DNA of 64,000 nt from Octopus bimaculoides. Its lineage: Eukaryota. Positions 24,101 through 36,782 of the stretch are shown piece by piece. The stretch lies in assembly GCF_001194135.2 (NCBI RefSeq), contig NC_068990.1:31687872-31751871 (forward strand). Direction: 5' to 3'. The notes under the pieces are model-generated. The model made no database searches. It was not told where the DNA came from and saw only the letters and a program-made list of their open reading frames with translations. Each line of letters opens with the position of its first letter. The stretch's first letter is position 1. Made by a program: the position numbers and the translations under genes.

Positions 24101-24490
24101 AACTGAACATNNNNNNNNNNNNNNNNNNNNNNNNNNNNNNNNNNNNNNNNNNNNNNNNNNNNNNNNNNNNNNNNNNNNNNNNNNNNNNNNNNNNNNNNNN
24201 NNNNNNNNNNNNNNNNNNNNNNNNNNNNNNNNNNNNNNNNNNNNNNNNNNNNNNNNNNNNNNNNNNNNNNNNNNNNNNNNNNNNNNNNNNNNNNNNNNNN
24301 NNNNNNNNNNNNNNNNNNNNNNNNNNNNNNNNNNNNNNNNNNNNNNNNNNNNNNNNNNNNNNNNNNNNNNNNNNNNNNNNNNNNNNNNNNNNNNNNNNNN
24401 NNNNNNNNNNNNNNNNNNNNNNNNNNNNNNNNNNNNNNNNNNNNNNNNNNNNNNNNNNNNNNNNNNNNNNNNNNGTGTGTGTGTGTGTGA

Positions 24491-24665
24491 AGGTGGCAAG
24501 CTGGCAGAATCATTAGCATGCAGGGCAAAATGCTTAGGGGCATTTCTTCTGCCGGTATGTTCTGAGTTCAAATTCCACTGAGATCAGCTTTGCCTTTCAT
24601 GGGGTTGATGTAACTGATCTTCCCCCTCCCCCAAAATTGCTGGATTTGTGCCAGAACTTGAAACC
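24491..24665 (+). mobile_element. SINE family B (internally deleted)
   Basis: Homology to B copies. Confidence 0.65.
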
Positions 24666-24699
24666 TATATATAGTCATGGCAGATACCAGTGTCATGCA

Positions 24700-24812
24700 A
24701 ATTGGCACCCATGCTGTTGGCACATAAAAGCACCCATTACACCCTCAGAGTGGTTGGCATTAGGAAAGGCATCCAACTGTAGAAACCATACCAAAACAGA
24801 CTGGAGTCTGGG
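24700..24812 (+). mobile_element. SINE family E fragment
   Basis: GAGTGGTTGGCATTAGGAAAGGCATCCAACTGTAGAAACC. Confidence 0.6.
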
Positions 24813-24965
24813 CTTCTTTCAGTTTCCATCTACCAAATCGACCCACAAACCTTTAGTCGGCTCAGGGTTTTAGCAGAAGACACTTGTCCAAAGTGCCAAT
24901 CAGTGGGACTGAACCCAGAACCATGTGGTTGAAAAGCAAATTTCTTAACACACAGCCTTACATGT
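24813..24965 (-). mobile_element. SINE A head half
   Basis: CTTCTTTCAGTTTCCATCTACCAAAT..GGGACTGAACCCAGAACCATGTGGTTG. Confidence 0.65.
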
Positions 24966-25954
24966 GCCTACAAGCCACATCTGTGCCCCTATANNNNNNN
25001 NNNNNNNNNNNNNNNNNNNNNNNNNNNNNNNNNNNNNNNNNNNNNNNNNNNNNNNNNNNNNNNNNNNNNNNNNNNNNNNNNNNNNNNNNNNNNNNNNNNN
25101 NNNNNNNNNNNNNNNNNNNNNNNNNNNNNNNNNNNNNNNNNNNNNNNNNNNNNNNNNNNNNNNNNNNNNNNNNNNNNNNNNNNNNNNNNNNNNNNNNNNN
25201 NNNNNNNNNNNNNNNNNNNNNNNNNNNNNNNNNNNNNNNNNNNNNNNNNNNNNNNNNNNNNNNNNNNNNNNNNNNNNNNNNNNNNNNNNNNNNNNNNNNN
25301 NNNNNNNNNNNNNNNNNNNNNNNNNNNNNNNNNNNNNNNNNNNNNNNNNNNNNNNNNNNNNNNNNNNNNNNNNNNNNNNNNNNNNNNNNNNNNNNNNNNN
25401 NNNNNNNNNNNNNNNNNNNNNNNNNNNNNNNNNNNNNNNNNNNNNNNNNNNNNNNNNNNNNNNNNNNNNNNNNNNNNNNNNNNNNNNNNNNNNNNNNNNN
25501 NNNNNNNNNNNNNNNNNNNNNNNNNNNNNNNNNNNNNNNNNNNNNNNNNNNNNNNNNNNNNNNNNNNNNNNNNNNNNNNNNNNNNNNNNNNNNNNNNNNN
25601 NNNNNNNNNNNNNNNNNNNNNNNNNNNNNNNNNNNNNNNNNNNNNNNNNNNNNNNNNNNNNNNNNNNNNNNNNNNNNNNNNNNNNNNNNNNNNNNNNNNN
25701 NNNNNNNNNNNNNNNNNNNNNNNNNNNNNNNNNNNNNNNNNNNNNNNNNNNNNNNNNNNNNNNNNNNNNNNNNNNNNNNNNNNNNNNNNNNNNNNNNNNN
25801 NNNNNNNNNNNNNNNNNNNNNNNNNNNNNNNNNNNNNNNNNNNNNNNNNNNNNNNNNNNNNNNNNNNNNNNNNNNNNNNNNNNNNNNNNNNNNNNNNNNN
25901 NNNNNNNNNNNNNNNNNNNNNNNNNNNNNNNNNNNNNNNNNNNNNNNNNNNNNN

Positions 25955-26262
25955 GGACGTTAAACGATGATGATGATGATGATGATGATGATCATCATCA
26001 TCATCATCGTTTAATGTCCACTTTCCATGCTGTAATGGGTTGGACGGTTTAACTGAAAAACTGGTAAGCTGGTGGTGGGGGGCTTCACCAGGTTCCAATC
26101 TGATTTGGCAAGGTTTCTATGGCTGGATGCCCTTCATAATGCCAACCACTCTAAGAGTATAGGAGGTATTTTTTACGTGCCACCAGCACGGGTGCAGTTG
26201 ACCTAACACCAACATTGGTCACAATTACAGTCTCATTTGACTTGACAGGTCAACACAAGCAC
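25955..26262. mobile_element. Two family E-type tails fused tail-to-tail, followed by the minus-strand E body
   Basis: GGACGTTAAAC(GAT)n joined directly to (CAT)nCGTTTAATGTCC. Confidence 0.75.
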
Positions 26263-26466
26263 AGTATACCACCCAGGTTGCTGATGAGAATTAAGGTGGT
26301 TTTCGAAATTGTGATACAGCTGTGTACACTAGGGACTTACCTTCCTTTGTCAGTCATTAAGTATAGTGCTGTGGTGGCTTTAGAGTTAATGTAACTCTTA
26401 TTTTAGCATAAACAGTCTCCGTCACTTTTGTGACCGCAATCAATTTTGCCTATATATATATGTGTG

Positions 26467-26531
<65 letters not shown>

Positions 26532-26539
26532 ATATATTT

Positions 26540-26735
26540 ATGTATGTGTTTGTGTGTACTCTTGTCTAGTCATAATGTGATGGTTGTAAATGAACACCCC
26601 CCTCATAGAAGAAAGTTTATCCATTTCCAGTCTGCCATGAAAAATCTTCTAGGCATGGGAAAATATTTTCTGCTTTGGAAATGTTAAGGATTGGCTTCAT
26701 CTGTCTATAGAAAATTTGCCTCAACAAAGTCTGCC
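26540..26735 (+). mobile_element. SINE A2 body
   Basis: GATGGTTGTAAATGA..GGCATGGGAAAATATT..GAAAATTTGCCTCAACAAA. Confidence 0.55.
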
Positions 26736-26772
26736 TGTCTGTCTGTATGGATGGATGCATGCATACATATAA

Positions 26773-26803
<31 letters not shown>

Positions 26804-27233
26804 AAGAAATATTTGAATCAAGAATGGGGTAGCCAGAAACCCAAAGAGGAGTCTATAGAAATTATATATAGCAGTTGAGCAAACTGTATGTTTATTTTAC
26901 ATATGCAATATTTTAGTATAGAAACTCAGTTTTCACTTATTTGTATCACCATAATCATCATTATCATGGTAATCACAACCACTTAACTATGCATGCTTGG
27001 ATCATTGGAAGTTCATTCAAGCAAGTTTTCTAAAGCTGGATGACATAACATTTCAGTGACCAGCACTCCTTTGTTTTTAAGCAAGGTACTACTTGAACAT
27101 AGGCAGGCATATTTTCATGGGAGATTGAAAGTAAAGACATGTCTTGTACAATGGTAACACTTGTTTACAACTATCACATGTTATGAAAACATGGGCAGAA
27201 AATCACATACATATTTTCCAAAATGTGTACATT

Positions 27234-27271
<38 letters not shown>

Positions 27272-27294
27272 TGTGTGTGTGTTTGTTTGTTTGT

Positions 27295-27485
27295 GTGTCT
27301 GTGTTTGCCACCCACCCCCAACATCACTTGACAACTGATGTTGGTGTGTTTCTATCACCATAACTTAGCAGTTCGGCAAAAGAGACCGCTAGTATAAGTA
27401 CTAGGCTTACAAGGAATAAGTCCTGGGGTCGATTTGTTTGACCATAGGTGGTGCTCCAGACTGAAACAAATAAAACAATAAAACA
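27295..27485 (+). mobile_element. SINE A1, 3' half
   Basis: Homology to the A1 module; CpGs largely decayed. Confidence 0.7.
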
Positions 27486-27489
27486 ATAT

Positions 27490-27860
27490 ATTCTTTTATT
27501 CTTTTACTTGTTTCAGTCATTTGATTGGGGCCATGCTGGAGCACCAAAGAAATCAACCCTTGGACTTATTGTTTGTAAATCTAGTACTTATACTATCAGT
27601 CTCTTCTGCCAAACCACTAAGTTACAAGGACATAAGCACACCGGTATCAGTTGCCAAGCAATGGTGGTGTAGACAAACATAGACACAAAGATACACATAA
27701 GTATATACATATATATATATATATGACAGCCTTCTTTCAGTTTCCATCTACCACATCCGCTTACAAGGCTTTGGTCAGCCCAAAGCTATTGTAGATGACA
27801 CTTGCTCAAGTTGCAAGGCAGTGGGACTGAACCTGGAACCATGCGTTTGGGAAGCCTGCA
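27490..27860 (-). mobile_element. SINE A1, full-length degenerate
   Basis: Reverse-complement homology; abuts the previous copy tail-to-tail. Confidence 0.75.
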
Positions 27861-27947
27861 CCTATATATGTGTACATATATATGTGTATGTGTACATATG
27901 TATATATATATATNNNNNNNNNNNNNNNNNNNNNTTATATATATATT

Positions 27948-27990
<43 letters not shown>

Positions 27991-28129
27991 GTAGGTAAAT
28001 ATGTAGGTAGGTAGGCAGGCAGGCAGGTAGGTAGGTAGGTAGGTAGGTAGGCAGGCAGGCAGACAGATACACACATACACACACACACACAAATACACAC
28101 ACACACATATATACGTAAGATCCTGTTGC

Positions 28130-29321
28130 ATGTTTGATATGATGATCAATTTGAAGCTACTTTTTCAATACTTACGGTAAAATAAGCTCTACTTGTTGCA
28201 TTCTAATGTTTGTTTTTATTTCTTTGCAGGTTACTTCATACTGTACTTCATACTTCATACGTATCAATTTTGTCCTTTAAACTGAGTTTAGACCAGACCC
28301 ACATGATACATTGCATGTTGAATGAGTTGAAAAGGGGCTCTTCACCAATGTAAGCAGCAAGTAATATTCATTCTGTCATATGGAAAGGAAGTTTTAAGTG
28401 TCCAGACATCCCAGCAATGGTTTGGCCAGTTTCACTTGGGAAATCTTTATGAACAGATTCCCCTCAATCTGGACGACCAAGTTTTTTCAGTATTGAGCTT
28501 CTGAAAACTTTAGTTTACAAAAATCCAAAGCAAACCGCACAAGAATTAGCAAAACAGTTGAATTAAAGTCACAATTTGATCATAGAACACTTTCATGAAC
28601 AAGGAAAAGTGTGTAACTTTGGTCAATAAGTCCTTCATCATCTGACTGCTTCTCTGCTTAATGAAAATGTTGCTGTCTGATATTCATTGAAGACCAGACT
28701 TGCTACCAAAACTTCCCAGGGTAGAATCATCACAAGTGATAAAATGTGAATTCTCTATAATCATATAAAATGAAAACTCTAATAGTTGCCAACCAACAAA
28801 AAAACTAGGATTTACCAGAGAAAGTTATATTCTGTGTTTAGTGAGATATGAGGGGTGTTGTCTGTCATAAAGTGTTAAACCAAAATGTTACAGTTGATGA
28901 CAAGAAGCATTCCACAAAAATTTGCAGAAAAAGCACCCATCGTTGGTCAGTCGTAAAAGGGTATTGCTCTTATTTTATAAGCAGGACCATACATTGTCCA
29001 AGTTGCTCAGGAAAAAACCTTGTGGCACTTCATATGGAATTTTTTGCTTCATCCTCCTAACTCTGCTGGCCTTGTTCCATCTGACTATCATCTTTTCAGA
29101 TCATTGCAACATCATTTAACGAGTAAACAGTTTATGAATTGTAAAGAAGTTAAAAATGATACTGAGTTTCTTTTGAAACCTAAAGAATTTGGCACCTTAG
29201 GGATGAGCAATTATGTTAACAACAATGAAAGGAAATATCAACTTGATTAAAAATAACAATTAAGTACATAGAAGCATTTGTTCCTTTCTTGAAATTTGAC
29301 AGTACTTTCAATTCAACCTAA
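28130..29321 (+). pseudogene. Decayed mariner transposon
   Basis: Frameshifted motifs: N-terminal HTH (ELKRGSSP..QQWFGQF), RIITSDK (TGDEK-like), MRGVVCHKVL, HPPNSAGLVPSDYHLFRSLQHHL (HPPYSPDLAPSDYHLF-like). 3' TIR-like end ...TCAATTCAACCTAA. Confidence 0.85.
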
Positions 29322-29330
29322 GACATACAT

Positions 29331-29378
<48 letters not shown>

Positions 29379-31806
29379 GCTTTGGTTGGCCCATGGCTAT
29401 ATAGTAGAAGACACCTGCCCAAGGCAGGTGGGACTGAACTGGAACTAAACTCAGAAGCAGGTAATTGGGAAGCAAACTTCTTACCACACAGCTGTGCTTG
29501 TACCTATTGTGTAGAAATAAATCTTAGAAAACCGTTTCAAAGTAAATATTGATATATCAGTGTATGTGTGTGTTTGTGACTGAGTGTGTGTGATGGGGTA
29601 TGTATAAATATATGCATTTGTGTATGGGAGGGGGTATAATCCTCCTCATTCTCATGAGTTTTAAGTCTGTTTTCCATGAAAGTATAAACTGTTATTTTAA
29701 GCTGCATCAAACCCATCAGTGCAATTCCTTACAATCCTCTCTGCATAACACATCTATCATTCATGTGTACATATACCTTATAATTTTTTTCTTTTTTTTT
29801 TTTTTTTGATTATGTATACAGTGTAGATTTATTAAATCAGGTATTCAGTTTTGTTTTATTTCAAAACCCACTGGCAGTAAGTGATTCTATTTTTCGTTTA
29901 ACTGAGACTAGTGAATTAAGTGTAAAGACATATCTAAAGATCAGTTAATCCATAATATACTCTACTTTTGAAGAAAATAGCCTCTTTGTTTCTCAAGAAG
30001 GAATTATTATTGTTTCTTAAGTAACCAAATATTTATATATTTTTGTTAGCTATCTAAATTATGTGTGTTTGAGAATATGGATCTCAGTAATTAAGATTTT
30101 AATTCTAGATTTTAATTCTACACTGTGTATTACTTGTGTCTGATTTGAAAATGGGTACTGGTTCCACCCTTTTGAATAGCAGTTAATAGTAGAAATCTTA
30201 TGATGTCATTAAATATAACTTTATGAATGCATACAAAAATGTCAAGTGTAAAACAAAGAAAAGAGAAAATAATTTCACATATAATTTATTTTCAACTTCC
30301 ATATTTTCTTGGTTCTTTTGTCTCCTCACATTGGTTTGTTCTTTCAAAGTTGTCATTTATATGCAAACTACTCAAAATAGTGGCTGTAATTCAAATGCCA
30401 GAGATTTTTTGCAGAACTGCTATTTTGTTGCTAATCTTTGTATTTGACTGCTAGTAAGATTAATTGTTAAGTCGGGACAATAGACTGTGCAAAAATATGC
30501 CCACCACTACCTCACTTATGGAGTTCAGAGTATAAAATGCATTGTAAACTGTTTTACTTTCATGGATAATTGAAAGTGTCATTCTATCTCTTCCTAAATT
30601 CTTCTTTTGTTGGTTCTTTTTATTTTTTATTTTTACCCCCTTTTTACTTAGCACACACTCTAGCTCAGCAGTGCACTTTAGCCACAGTTTGTCTTCTCTT
30701 CTTCTCCTTTTGTTTCCCTTCTCCAACTTACAGTTCAGTAAATTTATGCATGAGAAGTTTTAACACATTTATAGCCTGATCTACTGTGTTTTTCTCTATT
30801 GTGTTTATCATCCTGTATTTATCATCTCTATTTCTGATCCCTTTCAACATTATTCTGCTCAAGCATTGACTAAAGCTGCCATGCTGAACATTAACCGGCA
30901 ATGTCAGTTTTTCTCTACAGCATGCTTCACTTTTAATTCCTTAATTCTGTAAAAGTGTATTAAGTCACCTATTGAGGCTTAATAAAAAGATCACTAACCT
31001 TAGGAGAGTAGGCAACTTAAAATCACTGGGCACTGCAGCATGAAATAGAAGAAATATGAGGCTTTGAAATACTGTGGCAGTAATATAAGAGGCAACTCAA
31101 TAAATGTATATCATATTGTATAGTATCAGCAAAGAGATATGGCTTTTTAATCCATGTAACTGCAGTACATCTAGGAAGATGGACATTTCAAATGAAAACC
31201 ATCTAGTTTCCACTTTATGTTAGAGTGGTTGGCACTAAGAAGGCTATTTGGCTGTAAAACTATTGCTTTCATTAAACACATTCTGAGTTAATCAATGTCA
31301 CCTCACATGTTTGAACAGAAGCTGCCAGGAGTGTGGTTGGATGTAGGCAAATGAAAATGTTTAACTTATATCAATGTTGGAAAATTGATGCTCAATAACA
31401 AAATTTAGGCTGATTATGTACATTTAGTAATCTAAAGTACATCTACTGTTATTAAAGTTGGATAAGTATTCACAAAGTGTTGGGGGGGGGCATCTAAAGT
31501 AACAGGTTATTTGAATGTGAATATTGATTTGGAAATATTTTGAAGTTACAGAAGTCAATAAATTTCAAATAGTTCTCTATACTGTTTACTATATACTATT
31601 GTATTCAAATATAATTCTATATACTTTAAATAAGTGACTGTATATTATGCTGTATCGTAATGAAGAGTCAAAAATGTCATCAGCTGAACTTTTGAAACTA
31701 AAAATTAGTTAAATTAAATTGAAGTATTTCTCAAAGTTTAAAAATAGTTCCTAGTAATCAATAAAATATTTGAAACATTTTACAGCCATCACCTCGTGTA
31801 CATGAC

Positions 31807-31851
<45 letters not shown>

Positions 31852-31883
31852 TTAGTTGTCCAATAAAGTAGTCTTCCATTCAG

Positions 31884-31948
31884 CCATGTCCAGCATTTGT
31901 TAATTTCCATTTCCGAACTTGGAAGGACCTTCAACAGGAAATCATTCA
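31884..31948 (+). CDS. Candidate exon 1 of an unidentified chain (HVQHLLISISELGRTFNRKSF)
   Basis: gtcttccattcag|...|gtaaga; ends in phase 1. Confidence 0.25.
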
Positions 31949-32079
31949 GTAAGATGCATTGGCTGCTATGAGACAAATTTATAATAAGCTGTAAATAAAA
32001 TATGTGTACATACATGTTTATATTACATACATTACACTTACATGCATGCAAACATACATTGATATAAAAGAAGGATTGT

Positions 32080-32530
32080 ATCTAAGGTAATGCAAAAGTG
32101 GGCATAACTTTTTTATTAACTGACATCGGTCATTCAAAGTGTGCATGTTGGTAGAGCAACTCTTTCTCTATACATAGTTACTACTTTCCATTGTTTCCAT
32201 AACAAGCAATCATTGAACCCAACTCTCAAATTCTCTTTGAAAATATTCAAATGTGCACTGTTGTACACCTTTCCTCACAGTCAGTTTCACCTCATCTGCA
32301 TCATCAAATCGTTGTCTCTGAAGACATTGGACTGAACAGATAGAAGCTGGAGGGCACCAAATTCAAGGTGTATGGTGGATAAGGGGCCAGTGACCACTCT
32401 AATTTGCCAACTGCCAGATTTCTTGCCTAAGATATGTGTGGTCAAGCATTGATGTGAATTTGGATTGTTTTCAGATTATTGTTCAATCTCTTCTTTTCAC
32501 AGGCTTGCTGTTCATGGTACAGCCATGTTC
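32080..32530 (-). pseudogene. Decayed mariner 3' fragment
   Basis: Minus translation PYPPYTLNLVPSSFYLF..LQRQRFDDADEVK resembles HPPYSPDLAPSDFYLF and the mariner C-terminus. Confidence 0.65.
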
Positions 32531-32610
32531 CAGAAAATCAAGGAGAATGACAAGACTGAAAATATTTTCTTATGTAGAATTTAGTAATTCACATGCTGTA
32601 TGTAGTTTAA

Positions 32611-32826
32611 CCCTTTAGCATTTAAACTGACCATATTCAGCCCAAACATTTGACCTGTTTTATGTTCAAACCAACCAGATCCGGCCTCTCGCACCTATCC
32701 TACAATGTCGTTCTAAAAATAATCACATAAATGAAATCTCAAAGCCACAAGATAATATATGACAAATTCAAAGCAAGGTGAATAAATAAGCATTACATTT
32801 GATAGAGTAAGCTGAATGCTAAAGGT
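32611..32826. mobile_element. piggyBac-type MITE
   Basis: TTAA|CCCTTTAGCATT ... AATGCTAAAGGT|GTAA; TIRs with TTAA-like flanks. Confidence 0.6.
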
Positions 32827-33011
32827 GTAATGTAATATTTTTGCAAACCCTAATTCTGTTTCACCAGAACATTTATTCTGTATGTTAAATGATATATAAA
32901 CAATACACCTAAATAAAAAAAAGCACGGTTTTCAGGTACTTCAAAGCTAGTAAAGTACAGTTAAATTGAAATAATAACCCTTTAGTTATTAAACCTGCAT
33001 CTTCTTTCTAG

Positions 33012-33043
33012 AGTATAACAACTGTTTTGGCACCAAGCTGCCC
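33012..33043 (+). CDS. Candidate exon 2 (K-YNNCFGTKLP)
   Basis: catcttctttctag|...|gtatgt; phase 1 to 0, compatible with the neighbouring candidates. Confidence 0.3.
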
Positions 33044-33130
33044 GTATGTGTAGACGTGCATACACACACACATACGTTAAGGTATATAGTATATGCATTT
33101 CAACCAATCTTACCAATCAGTTTCACACAG

Positions 33131-33232
33131 AAATTAGGTAATTATGTGATTATCAAAAACTGTGCTCATCAGAATGGCCAGTATGAGAAAAATTTGCGAT
33201 GGCTTTCTGTCAGCAAGTGTCATATTCGGAAT
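33131..33232 (+). CDS. Candidate exon 3 (KLGNYVIIKNCAHQNGQYEKNLRWLSVSKCHIRN)
   Basis: tttcacacag|...|gtgagt; phase 0 to 0; alternative in-frame acceptor at 33172; LRWLSVSKCHI fits the LxxLxLxxCxI pattern. Confidence 0.3.
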
Positions 33233-33526
33233 GTGAGTGCTGTGAAAAAGACAAAACGAACCCGCAGGAGATGATCAGAGGGGTAACCACTAACAGTTAT
33301 GTCCCTTGCCCCAAAACACCTGAGTGTAATCCATGACACTTTCTTTCAATCAACATACATACATCGCGCGGCTGTCTCTTCTGTATTAAAAGGGTGAATT
33401 TATGGTTATTAAATTTGACCTTCTGTTGTGCCCACATACTTCTGCAAGTTTGTCAGCTTACTGTGTCCTTTGACAGTACCTATGCCTCGTATATGATTGT
33501 CTCTGTGTTTCATTGGTCATTATCAG

Positions 33527-33605
33527 GATATGATATTGTCCTTGCATGAGTACCCTACCTTTGTCTCAGCTGTGGCACTACCAGCTAATATTTTCTTTAT
33601 ATTAG
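33527..33605 (+). CDS. Candidate exon 4 (DMILSLHEYPTFVSAVALPANIFFIL)
   Basis: cattatcag|...|gtatac; phase 0 to 1. The right boundary also resembles an acceptor, which weakens the call. Confidence 0.2.
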
Positions 33606-33620
33606 GTATACCGCTAAAAG

Positions 33621-34273
33621 TGGAGGTGCAATGGCCCAGTGGTTGGGGCAGCGGACTCGCGGTCATAGGATCGCGGTTTTGATTCCCAGATCGGGCGTTG
33701 TGAGTGTTTATTAAGCGAAAACACCTAAAGCTCCACGAGGCTCCGACAAGGGATGGTGGCGAACCTTGCTGTACTCTTTCACCATAACTTTCTCTCACTC
33801 TTACTTCCTGTTTTTGTTGTGCCTGTAATTCAAAGGGTCAGCCTTGTCACACTGTGTCACGCTGAATATCCCCGAGAACTACGTTAAGGGTACACGTGTC
33901 TGTGGAGTGCTCAGCTGCTTGCACGTTAATTTCACGAGCAGGCNNNNNNNNNNGGGCGTTGTGAGTGTTTATTAAGCGAAAACACCTAAAGCTCCACGAG
34001 GCTCCGACAAGGGATGGTGGCGAACCTTGCTGTACTCTTTCACCATAACTTTCTCTCACTCTTACTTCCTGTTTTTGTTGTGCCTGTAATTCAAAGGGTC
34101 AGCCTTGTCACACTGTGTCACGCTGAATATCCCCGAGAACTACGTTAAGGGTACACGTGTCTGTGGAGTGCTCAGCTGCTTGCACGTTAATTTCACGAGC
34201 AGGCTGTTCCGTTGATCGGATCAACTGGAACCCTCGACGTCGTAAGCGACGGAGTGCCAACAACAACAACAAC
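33621..34273 (+). mobile_element. SINE family C, full length with (CAA)n tail; internal 250 bp duplicated across a 10-N gap
   Basis: tRNA-like head, tail GGAGTGCCAACAACAACAAC, CTAAAAG on both flanks as a possible target site duplication (TSD). Confidence 0.9.
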
Positions 34274-34984
34274 TACTAAAAGAAACTCTTAAAGTGTGTC
34301 TATTAAACATTTTACAGAACCTAATCACACGGGAAAAGTGTTTGTCTATTAAACTAAAAATAACTTTACCTACCTAAGATTTTATATTGAGGGAGAAGGG
34401 GTATGTGAGCCACAAGACTTTCCAGAGGTATTTTCGTTTGGTGGGATTAGATTTTAATGCTTAACTATTCTCAAAACCAATGGTGGCCTGGGCCTCATTG
34501 TAGTAAGGTGCCATGGCAGCAAAAATCTCTTTACTTCAAGACATGATGAATATTCTTCTTCTGACCTTTCACCAGATATTTGAACCCTACAGTTGGATGA
34601 CAGAAAGGTGTATTGAGATATCTCAACCTCTTTCTCTCTTTCTGTCTGTGTGTGTGTGTGTGTGTGTGTGTTTTCCAAGGTAAACTTGTATTTCATTATC
34701 AAAGTGCCAAGGAAGCGATAAGGTGGTCCACACACACTCAGCTCTGAGTATACTGTAGTTTATAGCAGAAACACCAGCAAGGAAATGAAGTTCATTACAA
34801 ATTTCCTTTTCACTTGTCATTTATTTCATTTCATAGCATATATATATATATATATGGTGATGCAAACAAGAAAAACAGACCTTATGATATGAGTATAGTT
34901 TGATAATTGCCAACATATGAAACTATCAGCATTTGAGTCACTCTATTGCTTCTGCAAGAGAGTGCATATTATATATATATATAT

Positions 34985-35225
34985 ATCATCATCATCGTCG
35001 TTTAACGTCCGCTTTCCATGCTAGCATGGGTTGGACGATTTGACTGAGGACTGGTGGAACCAGATGGCTACACCAGGCTCCAATCTGATTTGGCAGAGTT
35101 TCTACAGCTGGATGCCCTTCCTAACGCCAACCACTCCGAGAGTGTAGTAGGTGCTTTTACGTGCCACCGTGCACGAAAGCCAGTCAGGCGGTACTGGCAA
35201 CGGCCACGCTCAAAATGGTGTCTTT
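34985..35225 (-). mobile_element. SINE family E, 3' part with (ATG)n tail
   Basis: (ATC)nGTCGTTTAACGTCCGCTTTCCATGCTAGCATGGGTTGG...; runs into a gap. Confidence 0.85.
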
Positions 35226-35920
35226 NNNNNNNNNNNNNNNNNNNNNNNNNNNNNNNNNNNNNNNNNNNNNNNNNNNNNNNNNNNNNNNNNNNNNNNNNNN
35301 NNNNNNNNNNNNNNNNNNNNNNNNNNNNNNNNNNNNNNNNNNNNNNNNNNNNNNNNNNNNNNNNNNNNNNNNNNNNNNNNNNNNNNNNNNNNNNNNNNNN
35401 NNNNNNNNNNNNNNNNNNNNNNNNNNNNNNNNNNNNNNNNNNNNNNNNNNNNNNNNNNNNNNNNNNNNNNNNNNNNNNNNNNNNNNNNNNNNNNNNNNNN
35501 NNNNNNNNNNNNNNNNNNNNNNNNNNNNNNNNNNNNNNNNNNNNNNNNNNNNNNNNNNNNNNNNNNNNNNNNNNNNNNNNNNNNNNNNNNNNNNNNNNNN
35601 NNNNNNNNNNNNNNNNNNNNNNNNNNNNNNNNNNNNNNNNNNNNNNNNNNNNNNNNNNNNNNNNNNNNNNNNNNNNNNNNNNNNNNNNNNNNNNNNNNNN
35701 NNNNNNNNNNNNNNNCCCAGAATATACATATACATCCCAGAATATACATATATACATATACATCTCAGAATATGAATACAGACAGAATGCTGCAGAGCAT
35801 TGTGTCCTGCATAACAACCTACACCTTAAAAGAATTCTTGTGAATAATAATTCTCTCTACAATAAACACAAGGCCCGATCTTTTCTTCTTTTTTTTAATG
35901 GGGTGCTTATTGAATATATA

Positions 35921-36697
35921 AATGATGACGATGATGATGATGATGATGATGATGATTTATTTGCTACGGGAGCATCAGGTGAGGGTGATATTACAAGACC
36001 AGTTTACAGTTAGTGTTGTGGTTTACATAAAACATGAGTGAAGGAAAGGAGGTGGGAAAAGATTGGATAAAAAGTATACATTGTTTACAAAATGTGTAAA
36101 TACATCTATGATGCAATACTCCTGACACAGGAGAACCTCTAGTCAGAGCCAACAAAGGAACCCGACAGATCCAAGATCACTCTGACCACCAAGAGCACAA
36201 GCCCTTGCATAAGTGATGCTCTTCAATCTACAGGTTTATGCTCAGGGTAGGTCCATTCTCCCAAACTATTTTTACGAGACACGTTTTAACAAATTCGCTG
36301 CAGGCGAGCGCTTCCCTCTCCATCCTCACTTTCCTTTTGAAGTGGAACTTGAAAAAGTCAATGAAGTTTGACCAGAGAGGAAAGTGTCTGCCCTCAATGC
36401 TTTCAACCTCGTTCGCACACGACCTGTTTTGCTATTGCCACTAAATAGAGGATCGTCATTTGTCCCGCCTCGATAAAGGCGGGTTATGAGTCGAGCCCCG
36501 CAACAGACAGGGCGACAGCCGGATTCACCCTACACGTAACAACAGCTGTTCATAACTGCACTATCTGCAATGCTCGGACACTGCACGAGTGCGTACAGTT
36601 TGGTTTTGTCACTTTGCACACATCTCGGACAGTCCCACTTGTCAACACTTCCATGCCTTCAGAATTAGTGCTCCTGTGCAGAACTGCCAAATCAAGA
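35921..36697 (-). mobile_element. L1/Tx1-type LINE 3' end (ORF2 C-terminus, 3' UTR, (ATC)n tail)
   Basis: Minus translation CPRCVQSDKTKLYALVQCPSIAD (zinc-knuckle-like, 36631 downward), LYLVAIAKQVV, FIDFFKFHFKRKVRMERE, stop at 36228-36230. AATAAA followed by (TCA)n. Confidence 0.75.
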
Positions 36698-36735
36698 ACA
36701 CACACACAGACAATGTATATGTGTGTGTGTATCAA

Positions 36736-36782
<47 letters not shown>

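Noticed and set aside
33114-33239. Minus-strand exon with very strong acceptor and donor
   Set aside because: All three frames contain stops, so it is not coding. A non-coding exon cannot be excluded without RNA data.
33693-34203. 250-bp tandem duplication within SINE C
   Set aside because: Identical copies are separated by a 10-N gap, most likely an assembly artefact.
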